A DNA stretch of 64,000 nucleotides, taken from the NCBI GenBank assembly GCA_944387525.1, contig CALXFF010000004.1, positions 1,938 through 65,937 of the forward strand, given 5' to 3'. The stretch comes from an uncultured Clostridia bacterium (GTDB taxonomy: Bacteria > Bacillota > Clostridia > TANB77 > CAG-508). Below are positions 18,074-27,705 of this stretch, one piece after another. Position 1 is the stretch's first letter; each line of letters starts with the position of its first letter. The notes under the pieces are model-generated. The model ran no database searches. It worked only from the letters and a program-made list of their open reading frames with translations, and was not told the DNA's origin. The position numbers and the translations under genes are program-made.

Positions 18074-19454
18074 AACAAGCATAGATGAAAGGATTTCTGA
18101 TCTAAGAAAAAAAGTAATGCAAAATGCCATTACTTTAAAGAAAAAAATAAAAAATGGTACATTATTCAAGTTTAAGCCATTTAGTATAAAACAAAAAAAG
18201 ATACTTACATGGTGGACTGATAAAAGTCCTGTGAAAAACAAAAACGGGATTATAGCAGATGGAAGTATAAGAGCAGGGAAAACATTATGTATGTCATTGT
18301 CCTTTGCTTTGTGGGCAATGGCAAAATTCAATGGCCAAAATTTTATAATGGCGGGAAAAACAGTAGGAGCATTCAGAAGGAATGTTCTTTTTTGGTTGAA
18401 ATTAATGCTACAAGCACAAGGATATAAAATAAAAGATAGAAGAGCAGATAATTTAGTAGAAATTTCAAAAGGTGAAATTATTAATTATTTTTATATCTTT
18501 GGCGGAAAGGATGAAAGATCACAAGATTTAGTACAAGGTATTACTGCAGCAGGAGTATTTCTTGATGAAGTTGCACTTATGCCACAATCATTTGTGAATC
18601 AGGCACTTGCTAGATGTTCAGTAAAAGGTAGTAAATATTGGTTTAACTGTAACCCTGAAGGACCAAATCATTGGTTTAAAATAGAGTGGATTGATAAAGC
18701 AAAAGAAAAAAATATATTACATTTACATTTTACAATGGATGATAACCCAAGTCTTGATGAGGATACAAAAGAAAGATACCGCAAAATGTTTGTTGGAGTT
18801 TTTTATCAAAGATTTATCCTGGGATTATGGGTACTTGCAGAGGGAATCATTTATCATAATTTTGATAAAGATAAGCACACAATAGATGAAAAAGAACTTC
18901 CAAAGAATTTTGATTTTTATTATGTGACATCCGATTATGGAATAACAAACCCACAAGTATTTTTACTTTGTGGAATTAAATATATAAAAGGTATACCACA
19001 CCTTTATCTTATAAATGAATATTACAATACAGGAACAAAAAAGAATAAATATGGACAAGAAGAAAAAATAGTAAAAACAGATACATTATTTTTAGAAGAT
19101 TATAAAAATTTTGTAGGAGATTTAAATATAAGAAAAACAATTATAGATCCATCAGCTACATCTCTTATAAATTTATTTAAAGAAAACAATATCAAAGTAA
19201 AGGAAGCTGACAATACAGTAGTAGATGGTATTAATCTAGTTTTAAATTGGCTTGAAGAAGGAAGAATTCATATAGTTGCAAAAAGATGTCCAAATATAAT
19301 AAAAGAATTCTTTAGTTACATTTGGGACGAAAAAGCTCAAGAGAGAGGAGAAGACAAGCCAGTCAAAACAAATGACCATGCACTAGATGCTTTAAGATAC
19401 TTATTAATGACTGTATTCCCAGTTAAGAAAAAAGGAGCATTTTTTGCTAGATAG
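18048..19454 (+). CDS. Terminase large subunit (PBSX family)
   Basis: Walker A GSIRAGKT and Walker B FLDE. ATG at 18048 follows GAAGGTG; the track start is 18024. Confidence 0.85.
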   Translation: MIIAKTTNKTSIDERISDLRKKVMQNAITLKKKIKNGTLFKFKPFSIKQKKILTWWTDKSPVKNKNGIIADGSIRAGKTLCMSLSFALWAMAKFNGQNFIMAGKTVGAFRRNVLFWLKLMLQAQGYKIKDRRADNLVEISKGEIINYFYIFGGKDERSQDLVQGITAAGVFLDEVALMPQSFVNQALARCSVKGSKYWFNCNPEGPNHWFKIEWIDKAKEKNILHLHFTMDDNPSLDEDTKERYRKMFVGVFYQRFILGLWVLAEGIIYHNFDKDKHTIDEKELPKNFDFYYVTSDYGITNPQVFLLCGIKYIKGIPHLYLINEYYNTGTKKNKYGQEEKIVKTDTLFLEDYKNFVGDLNIRKTIIDPSATSLINLFKENNIKVKEADNTVVDGINLVLNWLEEGRIHIVAKRCPNIIKEFFSYIWDEKAQERGEDKPVKTNDHALDALRYLLMTVFPVKKKGAFFAR

Positions 19455-19465
19455 GAGTTGAAACA

Positions 19466-21052
19466 ATGGAAATAACAGAAATGGAAAAAATAGATTATAT
19501 CTTACGAGAAGGTGCAAAAAATACAATTGGATTTTTAAATTTCATAAAAGAAGAAATAAATGAATTTGAACAATCTCCCAAAAGAGAAAATATGTTAATA
19601 GGACAAAGATATTATGAAAACGAAGGAGATATAAAGGAAAAAGTAAGATATTATATTGCAGATGGTGGAGCAGTAAGAGTAAAAGAAAATAAATTTTTTG
19701 CTAATTACAAATTAGCACATTCAATACCAAGAAAATTAGTAAATCAAAAAGCAGGATTTTTATTAAAAAAGAAAATGAATGTAAAAGAAATTTTAAAAAA
19801 AGATGAAAAAGAAGATGAAGACTTCAAAAAGGTATTGAAATCAATATTTAATGATAGAACACATAAACTATTGAAATATACATTAATAGAAGCGGTTAAC
19901 AAAGGAATTAGTTGGTGGCAAGTGTATATTGATGAAGAAGGAAAATTAAAATTAAGAAGAATCAAAGCAGAAAAAATCGTGGCCTTATGGAAAGATGATG
20001 AACATGAAAAATTAGATGCAATAATAATAGTTTATAAAGTAATCGCTTATATAGGAAAGCAAAAGAAGATTATAAAGAAAGCAGAATATTGGGATTTAGA
20101 AGGTGTAAGATATTTAGTATATGAAGATGGCAAACTTATAAATGATGTTGAAAGAATTGAAGAAGTAAAAGATACTATTATAAATCCAAATGCAAAAGAT
20201 GAAGAAGAAATAATTTTATGTAGTCATTTCATAAAAGATGGAGTGCCAACTAATTGGACTAGGATACCTTTCATATATTGGAAATACAATGGTGATGAAA
20301 AGCCATTGATTTTTTATTTAAAATCATTAGTAGATTGCTATGATGAATTAACATCCATTTATGCAGATACAATAAAAGATACACCAAATGGTGTAAATGT
20401 TGTAAAAAATTATGGTGAAGATATAAAAGAATTTAATAAAAATTTACAAGAATTAAATACAATATTCCTAGATGAAGATGGTGATTATAAACGAGAAAAT
20501 GTTTCAATAGATATAAATGCTTTTAAAGAGTTTATTGAACTTCTAAGAAGAGATATATATGAAACTGGTGCAGGAGTAGATACTCAGTCAGAAAAATTTC
20601 AAACAGCACAAAGTGGTGTTGCTTTACAGGAATTGTTTAATGATTTAGATTTAGACTGCTCTAATATAGAAACAGAATTTCAAAGTAGCTTAGAGTATTT
20701 AATGTTTTTTGTATATGAATATATGAAAATAATAGAAAATAAAGATTATACTAATAAAGAGGTAGAATTTATCTTTAATAAATCTATGATTACAAATGAA
20801 ACTGAAAAAATACAAAATTGTGCTAATAGCGTTGGAATGATAAGTAATAAAACTATTTTAGCAAATCATCCTTGGGTCAGAGATACTGACGAAGAACTAG
20901 AACAAATTGAAAATGAACAAAAGGAAAATCAACAAGAATACGATAAAATATTGAAACAAATGCAAAGTGGAAATAATACTGCTAGTGAAGGAAATCAAAA
21001 TGAAGGTGGAGAGAAGAAAAAAGAAGATACAACAAAAGTTGGTGATGCATAA
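19466..21052 (+). CDS. Portal protein (SPP1 gp6-like)
   Basis: 528 aa, directly after TerL, with an acidic C-terminal tail. Confidence 0.75.
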   Translation: MEITEMEKIDYILREGAKNTIGFLNFIKEEINEFEQSPKRENMLIGQRYYENEGDIKEKVRYYIADGGAVRVKENKFFANYKLAHSIPRKLVNQKAGFLLKKKMNVKEILKKDEKEDEDFKKVLKSIFNDRTHKLLKYTLIEAVNKGISWWQVYIDEEGKLKLRRIKAEKIVALWKDDEHEKLDAIIIVYKVIAYIGKQKKIIKKAEYWDLEGVRYLVYEDGKLINDVERIEEVKDTIINPNAKDEEEIILCSHFIKDGVPTNWTRIPFIYWKYNGDEKPLIFYLKSLVDCYDELTSIYADTIKDTPNGVNVVKNYGEDIKEFNKNLQELNTIFLDEDGDYKRENVSIDINAFKEFIELLRRDIYETGAGVDTQSEKFQTAQSGVALQELFNDLDLDCSNIETEFQSSLEYLMFFVYEYMKIIENKDYTNKEVEFIFNKSMITNETEKIQNCANSVGMISNKTILANHPWVRDTDEELEQIENEQKENQQEYDKILKQMQSGNNTASEGNQNEGGEKKKEDTTKVGDA

Positions 21053-22629
21053 TGATTAAAGATAAAGAATATTGGATAAAAAGATTTGAGTATTTAGAAA
21101 AAGCACAAATAGAGAATGAAGATAAATATGTATCAACATTATTAGAAGAGTATGACAAAGCAAAATCAAATATAGAAAAAGAAATAAGTAGTTGGTTATC
21201 AAGATTTTCTATAAATAATCAAATTTCATTAAAGGATGTTAATAAGTGGTTAAATTCTGAAGAATTGAAAGAACTGAAATGGGATGTAAACGAATATATA
21301 CAACATGGCAAACAAAATGGAATTGATTTAATATGGCAAAAAGAGTTGGAAAATGCAAGTGCAAAAGTTCATATATCAAGATTAGAGGCACTAAAATTGC
21401 AAATACAACAACAAATAGAAGCATTATCATACAAAGAAAGTAAGGATACAACAGATTTTATATCAAATACATATGAAACTACTTATTATACAAGTGCTTA
21501 TGAATTACAAAAAGGTCATAATGTATCTTTTGATATTCCAAGATTGGATGTAAATACAATAAATAAAATTATTACAAAACCTTGGGCTCCAGATGAACAA
21601 ATATTTTCTGATAGAATATGGAAAAATAAAGTATCATTGATTAATACTTTGCATACAGATTTAACACAAGCAATTATAAGAGGTGACTCGCAAGATAAAT
21701 TAATAGAAAAAATTTCAAAAGACTTTAATTCATCAAAAAATAAAGCAGCAAGATTAGTAATGACAGAATCAGCATTCTTCTCTAGTGCTTCAAGAAAGGA
21801 TTGCTTTAAAGAATTAGGAGTAGAAAAATATGAAATAGTTGCAACATTGGACTCTCATACATCTGAAATTTGCAGAGGATTAGACGGAAAAGTATATGAT
21901 ATGAAAGATTATGAGCCAGGAGTTACAGCTCCACCATTTCATGTATGGTGCAGATCAACAACTGCTCCATGGTTTGAAGATGAATACGAATTCGGAGAAA
22001 GAGCAGCAAGAAATACAAATGGAAAAACATATTATGTATCAGATGATATTACATATAATGATTGGAAAAAACGATTTGTTAGTGGACAAGAGAGAACAGA
22101 AAAAGAAACCAAAAATAAAGTAGATAATATAATAACTACTATGCCAAATAAAGTAAAAAATGCTATTCAAGATACAAAATTTGTAGAAAAATCTAATACA
22201 AGTGATTATGATAGAAAAAACAATATAATACATTTGATGAAAAATCCTAGTAAATATGAAATATTACATGAGATAGGACATGCAGTAGAAACAAAGTATG
22301 ATGTATTTAATGATAATAAATTTATTGAAGTATTAAAAGATAATATTACTGAAATGGATATACTAATGGCAAAAACAGATGATAGCACATTTGAACAGGC
22401 AATAGATTTAATTGAAAATGATAAATTTATAAGTAAATACCAAGGCAGAATTTATAATTTTGACATGTATGGAAAAGAAAGGTATAATAGTAACAATAAA
22501 GAATTTAATTATAAAGTATTAGGCGAATACTTCAGTGAAGGTTTTGCAACTTATTTTACTAATGAAAACAAATTATTAAAAAAAGATAAAAAGTTATATG
22601 ATTATATAAAGGAGTTATTGAATGAATAA
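21052..22629 (+). CDS. MuF / SPP1 gp7-like head morphogenesis protein with a C-terminal HExxH metallopeptidase-like domain
   Basis: MuF core: TESAFFSSA...LDSHTSEICRGLDGKVY...PPFHVWCRS. C-terminal HEIGHAVE plus EYFSEGFATYF. Confidence 0.75.
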   Translation: MIKDKEYWIKRFEYLEKAQIENEDKYVSTLLEEYDKAKSNIEKEISSWLSRFSINNQISLKDVNKWLNSEELKELKWDVNEYIQHGKQNGIDLIWQKELENASAKVHISRLEALKLQIQQQIEALSYKESKDTTDFISNTYETTYYTSAYELQKGHNVSFDIPRLDVNTINKIITKPWAPDEQIFSDRIWKNKVSLINTLHTDLTQAIIRGDSQDKLIEKISKDFNSSKNKAARLVMTESAFFSSASRKDCFKELGVEKYEIVATLDSHTSEICRGLDGKVYDMKDYEPGVTAPPFHVWCRSTTAPWFEDEYEFGERAARNTNGKTYYVSDDITYNDWKKRFVSGQERTEKETKNKVDNIITTMPNKVKNAIQDTKFVEKSNTSDYDRKNNIIHLMKNPSKYEILHEIGHAVETKYDVFNDNKFIEVLKDNITEMDILMAKTDDSTFEQAIDLIENDKFISKYQGRIYNFDMYGKERYNSNNKEFNYKVLGEYFSEGFATYFTNENKLLKKDKKLYDYIKELLNE

Positions 22630-22801
22630 AGACATAGAAAAAAAACTATTAGATGCTAATTCATTAAATGATTTTAGAAAAATTATATTCGAAAATGGAA
22701 TAACTACAACAAAAGAACTGTCAGAAACAGTATTAGAACACTATAATAAATTAGGAAGTATGCAAACAGCAGAAAAGCATATAGATCCAAGAATGAAATA
22801 A
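22622..22801 (+). CDS. Hypothetical protein (59 aa)
   Basis: Hand-translated: MNKDIEKKLLDANSLNDFRK... Its start overlaps the MuF stop. Confidence 0.35.
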   Translation: MNKDIEKKLLDANSLNDFRKIIFENGITTTKELSETVLEHYNKLGSMQTAEKHIDPRMK

Positions 22802-22984
22802 TAAAATGTAGTGGCGGAATAGACATACTGTAAAACTATCGAGTATGGTAAAATAGTAGACGCTATCGAAAAAGTGTATTGTAAGGCAAAGCAGCGAAAT
22901 TTGTCCGTAGAGATATTAGCACGAAATCTCATGTTAGGTGCAAATCCTAACCTACATTTATTAAATTAAATAGTTTTTAAATTT

Positions 22985-23010
22985 AGACACTTTAAAAGGT
23001 GTCTTTTTTT
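22985..23010 (+). terminator. Rho-independent terminator
   Basis: AGACAC-TTTAAAA-GGTGTCT followed by a T7 run. Confidence 0.65.
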
Positions 23011-23130
23011 GTATAAAAATTGGTCAAGTGGTAGACCTGAATAATTGCCACTATAACAAAATAGTACGGAAGATGGAAAACTGCCTTAAAAAGCCTAGTA
23101 TTATGGAGTTATAAAGAAAGGAGCAAGTAT

Positions 23131-23751
23131 ATGAAAACAGAAGACTTAAAAGCAAAAGGTTTAAGTGATGAGCAAATAAATTTTGTAATGGAGGAAAATG
23201 GAAAAGACATAAAAACATTACAAGATGAAAATGCTACATTGAAATCAGAAAAATCACAACTAGAAAATGACAAAAAGGTATTAGAAAAAGAAAAGGGAGA
23301 TAAAGAAAAAGCCCTTGCGGACCTTCAAAAAAGCACAATAACAAAAGAAGAATATGATAACAAAATAAAAGAAATTGAAGGTAATGCAAAAAAAGAACAT
23401 GAAGAATATGTACTTAACCAATTATTAGACCAAGCTATGGAAGATGCAAAAGTATTAAAGAATGAAAATGCTAGAGCATCTATAAAAGGTTTATTAGATA
23501 TGGAAAAAGTAACTATTTCAAAAGACCAAAAATCATTAATAGGTGTTAAAGAGCAACTAGAAGCAATGAAAAAAACGGATAGCTATTTCTTTGAATCAAC
23601 AGTAAAAGGTCATTCGCCAGCAGGAGGAAAAGATGATAAAGATGGAGAAGGAGAAGGCGAAGATAACTTTGATAATAGCAATCCAGTTAATGTTGCAAAA
23701 GAACTAAATTCAAGAAATGAACAACAAAAAGAAAGTTCATTTTTTAATTAA
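23131..23751 (+). CDS. Scaffolding protein (GP20-like coiled coil)
   Basis: Coiled-coil, charged protein upstream of the capsid gene. Confidence 0.7.
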   Translation: MKTEDLKAKGLSDEQINFVMEENGKDIKTLQDENATLKSEKSQLENDKKVLEKEKGDKEKALADLQKSTITKEEYDNKIKEIEGNAKKEHEEYVLNQLLDQAMEDAKVLKNENARASIKGLLDMEKVTISKDQKSLIGVKEQLEAMKKTDSYFFESTVKGHSPAGGKDDKDGEGEGEDNFDNSNPVNVAKELNSRNEQQKESSFFN

Positions 23752-23771
23752 AAAATAAGGAGGAAAGAATT

Positions 23772-24131
23772 ATGTATGTTAAAAGTAGAAATATTGAAGA
23801 AATCAATTTTTTAGCATCTGCTAAATATTTATGTTTTACAAGAGAAATAAGTGATACAGGGGTTACAGCAAATAGTGAAGGAAGAAAAATTGTACAAGGA
23901 GGAACTGTTTATAAAAATTCAAACGGTGTTGCAATTGGATTATTATTAACAGATATAGATGTAACAGAAGGACCTCAACCAGGGGCTGTTATATACGAAG
24001 GTTGGGTATTAGAATCAAGATTACCAAAAGCAATTACAGCTGAAGAAAAAGCAACAATGACAGGAATTAAATTTAAAGATAGTTATGAAGATCAAGAAGC
24101 AGCTGAAGATGATAATGAAGAACAAACATAA
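23772..24131 (+). CDS. Hypothetical head protein (possible decoration protein)
   Basis: Call rests only on position between the scaffold and major capsid genes. Confidence 0.3.
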   Translation: MYVKSRNIEEINFLASAKYLCFTREISDTGVTANSEGRKIVQGGTVYKNSNGVAIGLLLTDIDVTEGPQPGAVIYEGWVLESRLPKAITAEEKATMTGIKFKDSYEDQEAAEDDNEEQT

Positions 24132-24178
24132 TGGAAGATTAAGAAATTAGAAATAAAATAGAAAAGGAGAGATTATAT

Positions 24179-25198
24179 ATGTCAAGAATATTAGAGTTAT
24201 TTAATACTAAAAAAATTGTTAATTATTTAAGAGATAGAGAATATCCTAAAATGCTAGGAGAAGAACTTTTCCCAGAAAGAAAAGAAGATGATTTAGATTT
24301 TGAAATATTAAAAGAAGGTAGCAAGTTACCTGTTGTTGCTAGTGTTCATGCTTTTGATACTGAATCAGAAATTGGAAGTAGAGAAGCAGAGGAAATGGCA
24401 ATTGAAGCTTGCTTAATTAAGAGAAAATTACCATTAAGAGAAAAAGAAATTATAAAATTAGAGCATCCTAGAACAGATAAAGAGGAAAAATATCTAATTC
24501 AAAAAATCTATTCAAGAGATATAGATAATTTAGTATTAGGTGTAAAAGCAAGAGTAGAAGTTATGAGAATGGAAGTATTATCAAAAGGTACTGTAACATT
24601 AGATGAAAATGGATTAAAAGCAGTTATTAATTATGGGGTACCAGAAGAACATCAAGCAACACAAGTTGATTGGACAACTTCAACAGAAAATCCAATTCAA
24701 GATATTATTGATTGGGTTAATGTTATGGATGAAAAACCAGCTAGAGCATTAACTTCTACAACAGTTTTAGGAAAATTATTAAGACATCCATCAACTATTA
24801 GTGCTTTATATGGAAAGGATACAACTAGAATCCCAACAGTAGCAGAATTGAATACATATTTAGAAGCATTAGGATTACCTAAAATATATACTTATGACAA
24901 AAAATACAGAAAACAAGGTGCAAATGGAAAATATACAGTTCATAGATATTTACCAGAGGATGCTTTCGTAATGTTCCCAGATTATCCATTGGGAGAAACA
25001 TTATATGGACCAACAGCAGAAGAAATAAGACTTATAAATGATCCAACAACAAAAATAGAAGAAGTTGGAAATATTTTAGCAATGGTTTATGAAGAAGGAA
25101 AAGATCCAGTTGCAACATGGGAAAAAGCGGTTGCCACAGCAGTACCAACATTCCCTTATGCTGACGAAGTTTTCCAAGCAGAAATAAAATTAACATAG
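24179..25198 (+). CDS. Major capsid protein (gpE-like family)
   Basis: 339 aa. The N-terminus LFNTKKIVNYLRDREYPKMLGEELFPER is typical of the Phage_cap_E family. Position supports the call. Confidence 0.7.
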   Translation: MSRILELFNTKKIVNYLRDREYPKMLGEELFPERKEDDLDFEILKEGSKLPVVASVHAFDTESEIGSREAEEMAIEACLIKRKLPLREKEIIKLEHPRTDKEEKYLIQKIYSRDIDNLVLGVKARVEVMRMEVLSKGTVTLDENGLKAVINYGVPEEHQATQVDWTTSTENPIQDIIDWVNVMDEKPARALTSTTVLGKLLRHPSTISALYGKDTTRIPTVAELNTYLEALGLPKIYTYDKKYRKQGANGKYTVHRYLPEDAFVMFPDYPLGETLYGPTAEEIRLINDPTTKIEEVGNILAMVYEEGKDPVATWEKAVATAVPTFPYADEVFQAEIKLT

Positions 25199-25247
25199 AG
25201 GGTATTGAGAGAATGCCCTCTAAAATTATATAAAGGAGGAATAAAAA

Positions 25248-25658
25248 ATGCTTGTAAAAGTAAAAGGAAAAGCTATTAAACTTAATGGTAGATGGTGTTA
25301 TAAGGGAGAAACAGAAGAAATAACATTAGAACAATATGAAGGAAAAGAAAAATATTTAGAAATTGTAAAAGCTGATAAAGAAGTCAAAGAACTTCCACAA
25401 GTACCAGGAGAAGATATCGTAGAAGAACAATCACAAGAAGAAACAGAAGTAGATGAAGAAGAAATTGAAAAAGTAGAGGAAGAAAATCAGCAAGAAGAAA
25501 AACAAGAAGAAACAGAAGTAGATGAAGAATTAGAAGCATTAAAAGAAAAAGCAAAATCATTAGATATTAAAGTTACTGCAAATATGAAAAAAGAAACTAT
25601 AATTAAAAAAATTCAAGAAAAAGAAGAGGACCAAAACCAAACTAAAAATGAAGAATAG
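25248..25658 (+). CDS. Acidic protein with a C-terminal Rho-N/SAP-like motif
   Basis: E-rich centre. LEALKEKAKSLDIKVTANMKKETIIKKIQE resembles a Rho_N domain. Confidence 0.5.
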   Translation: MLVKVKGKAIKLNGRWCYKGETEEITLEQYEGKEKYLEIVKADKEVKELPQVPGEDIVEEQSQEETEVDEEEIEKVEEENQQEEKQEETEVDEELEALKEKAKSLDIKVTANMKKETIIKKIQEKEEDQNQTKNEE

Positions 25659-25670
25659 TAGGTGTTGCTT

Positions 25671-26165
25671 ATGAGCATGTTAGATAATATTAAAAATAGA
25701 ACACTTATAGATGTTGATTTTTTAATTAAAAGATTAGCAAAAGAATTAAAACTTTTTGATAAAGATAAGAATGTATCAGAAGATGCAAAAGACCAAATTA
25801 TTTGTTCTTTATATGATACATTAATTATTATTTTAGATACTACACATCAAGATAAAGTACCAGAAGGATTATATACAACATGGTTAAATATGACAAAAGA
25901 CTATTGGTATCTAAACAAATATGACACTTTATTTCAAAATAATGAGAGTAGCGAAACAGAAAGTGGAAATTCAAACTCGAATAAAAAAACGATAAAAAGT
26001 ATTCAAGTAGGAGATACAACAACTACATTTACTGACAAATCATCACAAATTGATATAAATGGAACTACTTATAATACAGGAACAATAAATTTTGATGAAA
26101 ATATTTTAAAAGAAAAATATAAAAGTGCTTTATATAGGCACAGAAGATTTAGGAGGCCACTATGA
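25671..26165 (+). CDS. Head-tail connector (gp6-like), putative
   Basis: Position only. Confidence 0.35.
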   Translation: MSMLDNIKNRTLIDVDFLIKRLAKELKLFDKDKNVSEDAKDQIICSLYDTLIIILDTTHQDKVPEGLYTTWLNMTKDYWYLNKYDTLFQNNESSETESGNSNSNKKTIKSIQVGDTTTTFTDKSSQIDINGTTYNTGTINFDENILKEKYKSALYRHRRFRRPL

Positions 26166-26530
26166 CAGATATAGAAATGGCAAGAGAAGCAATAGAAAGT
26201 ACATATATTGGAGAGTGTGATATTGTAGAATATGTGACAATAAAAAATGATATAACAAAACGAAATGAACATAAAGAAGAAAAAGTTTTAGAAAAACAAA
26301 AATGTAGAATTTCTTTTAAAAATATTTCTAATTCTAATCAAAGTGAAACTACTAACAATGTTACACAAACAATAAAATTATTTATTTCTCCAGATATAAA
26401 TATAAAAAATGGATCTAAAATAATTGTTACACAAAATGGAAAAAAACAAGAATATAAAAATAGTGGAGAACCCGCAAGATATGAAACGCACCAAGAAGTA
26501 ATGTTAGAATTATTTAAAGGTTGGGCTTAA
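26162..26530 (+). CDS. Head closure / head-tail joining protein, putative
   Basis: Position only. Confidence 0.35.
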   Translation: MTDIEMAREAIESTYIGECDIVEYVTIKNDITKRNEHKEEKVLEKQKCRISFKNISNSNQSETTNNVTQTIKLFISPDINIKNGSKIIVTQNGKKQEYKNSGEPARYETHQEVMLELFKGWA

Positions 26531-26531
26531 C

Positions 26532-27092
26532 ATGGCTAGATGGGGAAAATGTGATTATAAACAATTAAAAAAACTTCAAGAAAATATAAATAAATTAGCA
26601 AATGGAGATGCAATTAGATTCTATGAAGAATGTGCAAGAGAATTAGCAGCTAGATTACTTCGTAAAGTTATAAAAAGAACACCAGTTGGAGAAAACCAAT
26701 ACGAAACAAAAACAGTAAATGGAAAGCAAAAAAAATATGTAATAAGAAATGGTGGAACTTTAAGGAGAGGATGGACTGCAAGAACAGAAGAAGAAGCAGA
26801 AAATGGAAGCAGTCAAAATGCAAAAGATTGGGCTAATTCATTGGCAGTAAAAAAAATAGGAGATATATTTCAAATTGAAGTTATAAATCCAGTACATTAT
26901 GCTTCTTATGTCGAATATGGTCATAGACAAGAACCGGGAAGATATGTTCCTGCAATAGGTAAAAGACTTGTTAATAGTTGGGTAAATGGTGTGTTTATGC
27001 TAACTATATCAGAAAAAGAAATAGAAAGTCAGGCACCTAAAATTCTTGAAAAGAAATTACTTGAATATTTGGAGGAGAGTTTCAATGTGTGA
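26532..27092 (+). CDS. HK97 gp10-family tail component
   Basis: KRTPVGENQY...GGTLRRGW...YASYVEYGH pattern. Confidence 0.6.
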   Translation: MARWGKCDYKQLKKLQENINKLANGDAIRFYEECARELAARLLRKVIKRTPVGENQYETKTVNGKQKKYVIRNGGTLRRGWTARTEEEAENGSSQNAKDWANSLAVKKIGDIFQIEVINPVHYASYVEYGHRQEPGRYVPAIGKRLVNSWVNGVFMLTISEKEIESQAPKILEKKLLEYLEESFNV

Positions 27093-27525
27093 ATTTAAAG
27101 TAAATAAAGTTATAAATGCCATTTCTCAAAAACTAAATGAAATTTTTGGAGATGAATATAGTATAGAAACAGATGAAGTAATACAAGGGTTTAAAGGTCC
27201 TTGTTTTTTTATACATCAATTTAATGGTAATAGACAACATTTTAGAGGTAAAAGATATAAATCTAATCTGAATTTTGAAATTATAGGATTTTCTAAAAAT
27301 GATACATTAGAAGAATTAAACGAGATGGCAGAATGTTTATATCAAATAGAATATCTGACATTAGATAATAAAGACATATTAAGATGTATTAATATGGATT
27401 ATAAGATAGAAGATAAGGTATTACATTTTATGTTTGATATAAATAATTTTCTATATTTGGAAGAAGCAATTCCAGATAAAATGGAAAATATATCAATTAA
27501 TGGGGAGGTAAAAGAAGATGCCTAA
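27085..27525 (+). CDS. Tail completion/terminator protein, putative (XkdJ position)
   Basis: Position only. ATG follows GGAGGAG. Confidence 0.35.
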   Translation: MCEFKVNKVINAISQKLNEIFGDEYSIETDEVIQGFKGPCFFIHQFNGNRQHFRGKRYKSNLNFEIIGFSKNDTLEELNEMAECLYQIEYLTLDNKDILRCINMDYKIEDKVLHFMFDINNFLYLEEAIPDKMENISINGEVKEDA

Positions 27526-27703
27526 AAAAGAAAATGAAACAAAAAAAGAAGATGTTAAATTTACAAAAGAGCAAATTTTAAAAAGTAAAAAATTTAAAAA
27601 TAGAGTAGATTTAATTAGAGTTATTTTACAAGATAATGAAAGTTATACATTAGAGGAAGTGCAAAAAGAAATAGATAAATTTATGAAAAGGAGAGTGAAC
27701 TAG
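27518..27703 (+). CDS. Hypothetical protein
   Basis: Packed ORF. Confidence 0.4.
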   Translation: MPKKENETKKEDVKFTKEQILKSKKFKNRVDLIRVILQDNESYTLEEVQKEIDKFMKRRVN

Positions 27704-27705
27704 AT

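Noticed and set aside
22806-22956. Possible tRNA gene (T-arm-like GGTGCAAATCC, complementary ends)
   Set aside because: At about 150 nt it is too long. There is no canonical D-arm or 7-nt anticodon loop; the best stem, GAGAT/ATCTC, encloses 11 nt. It is kept only as a candidate structured RNA, not called as a tRNA.
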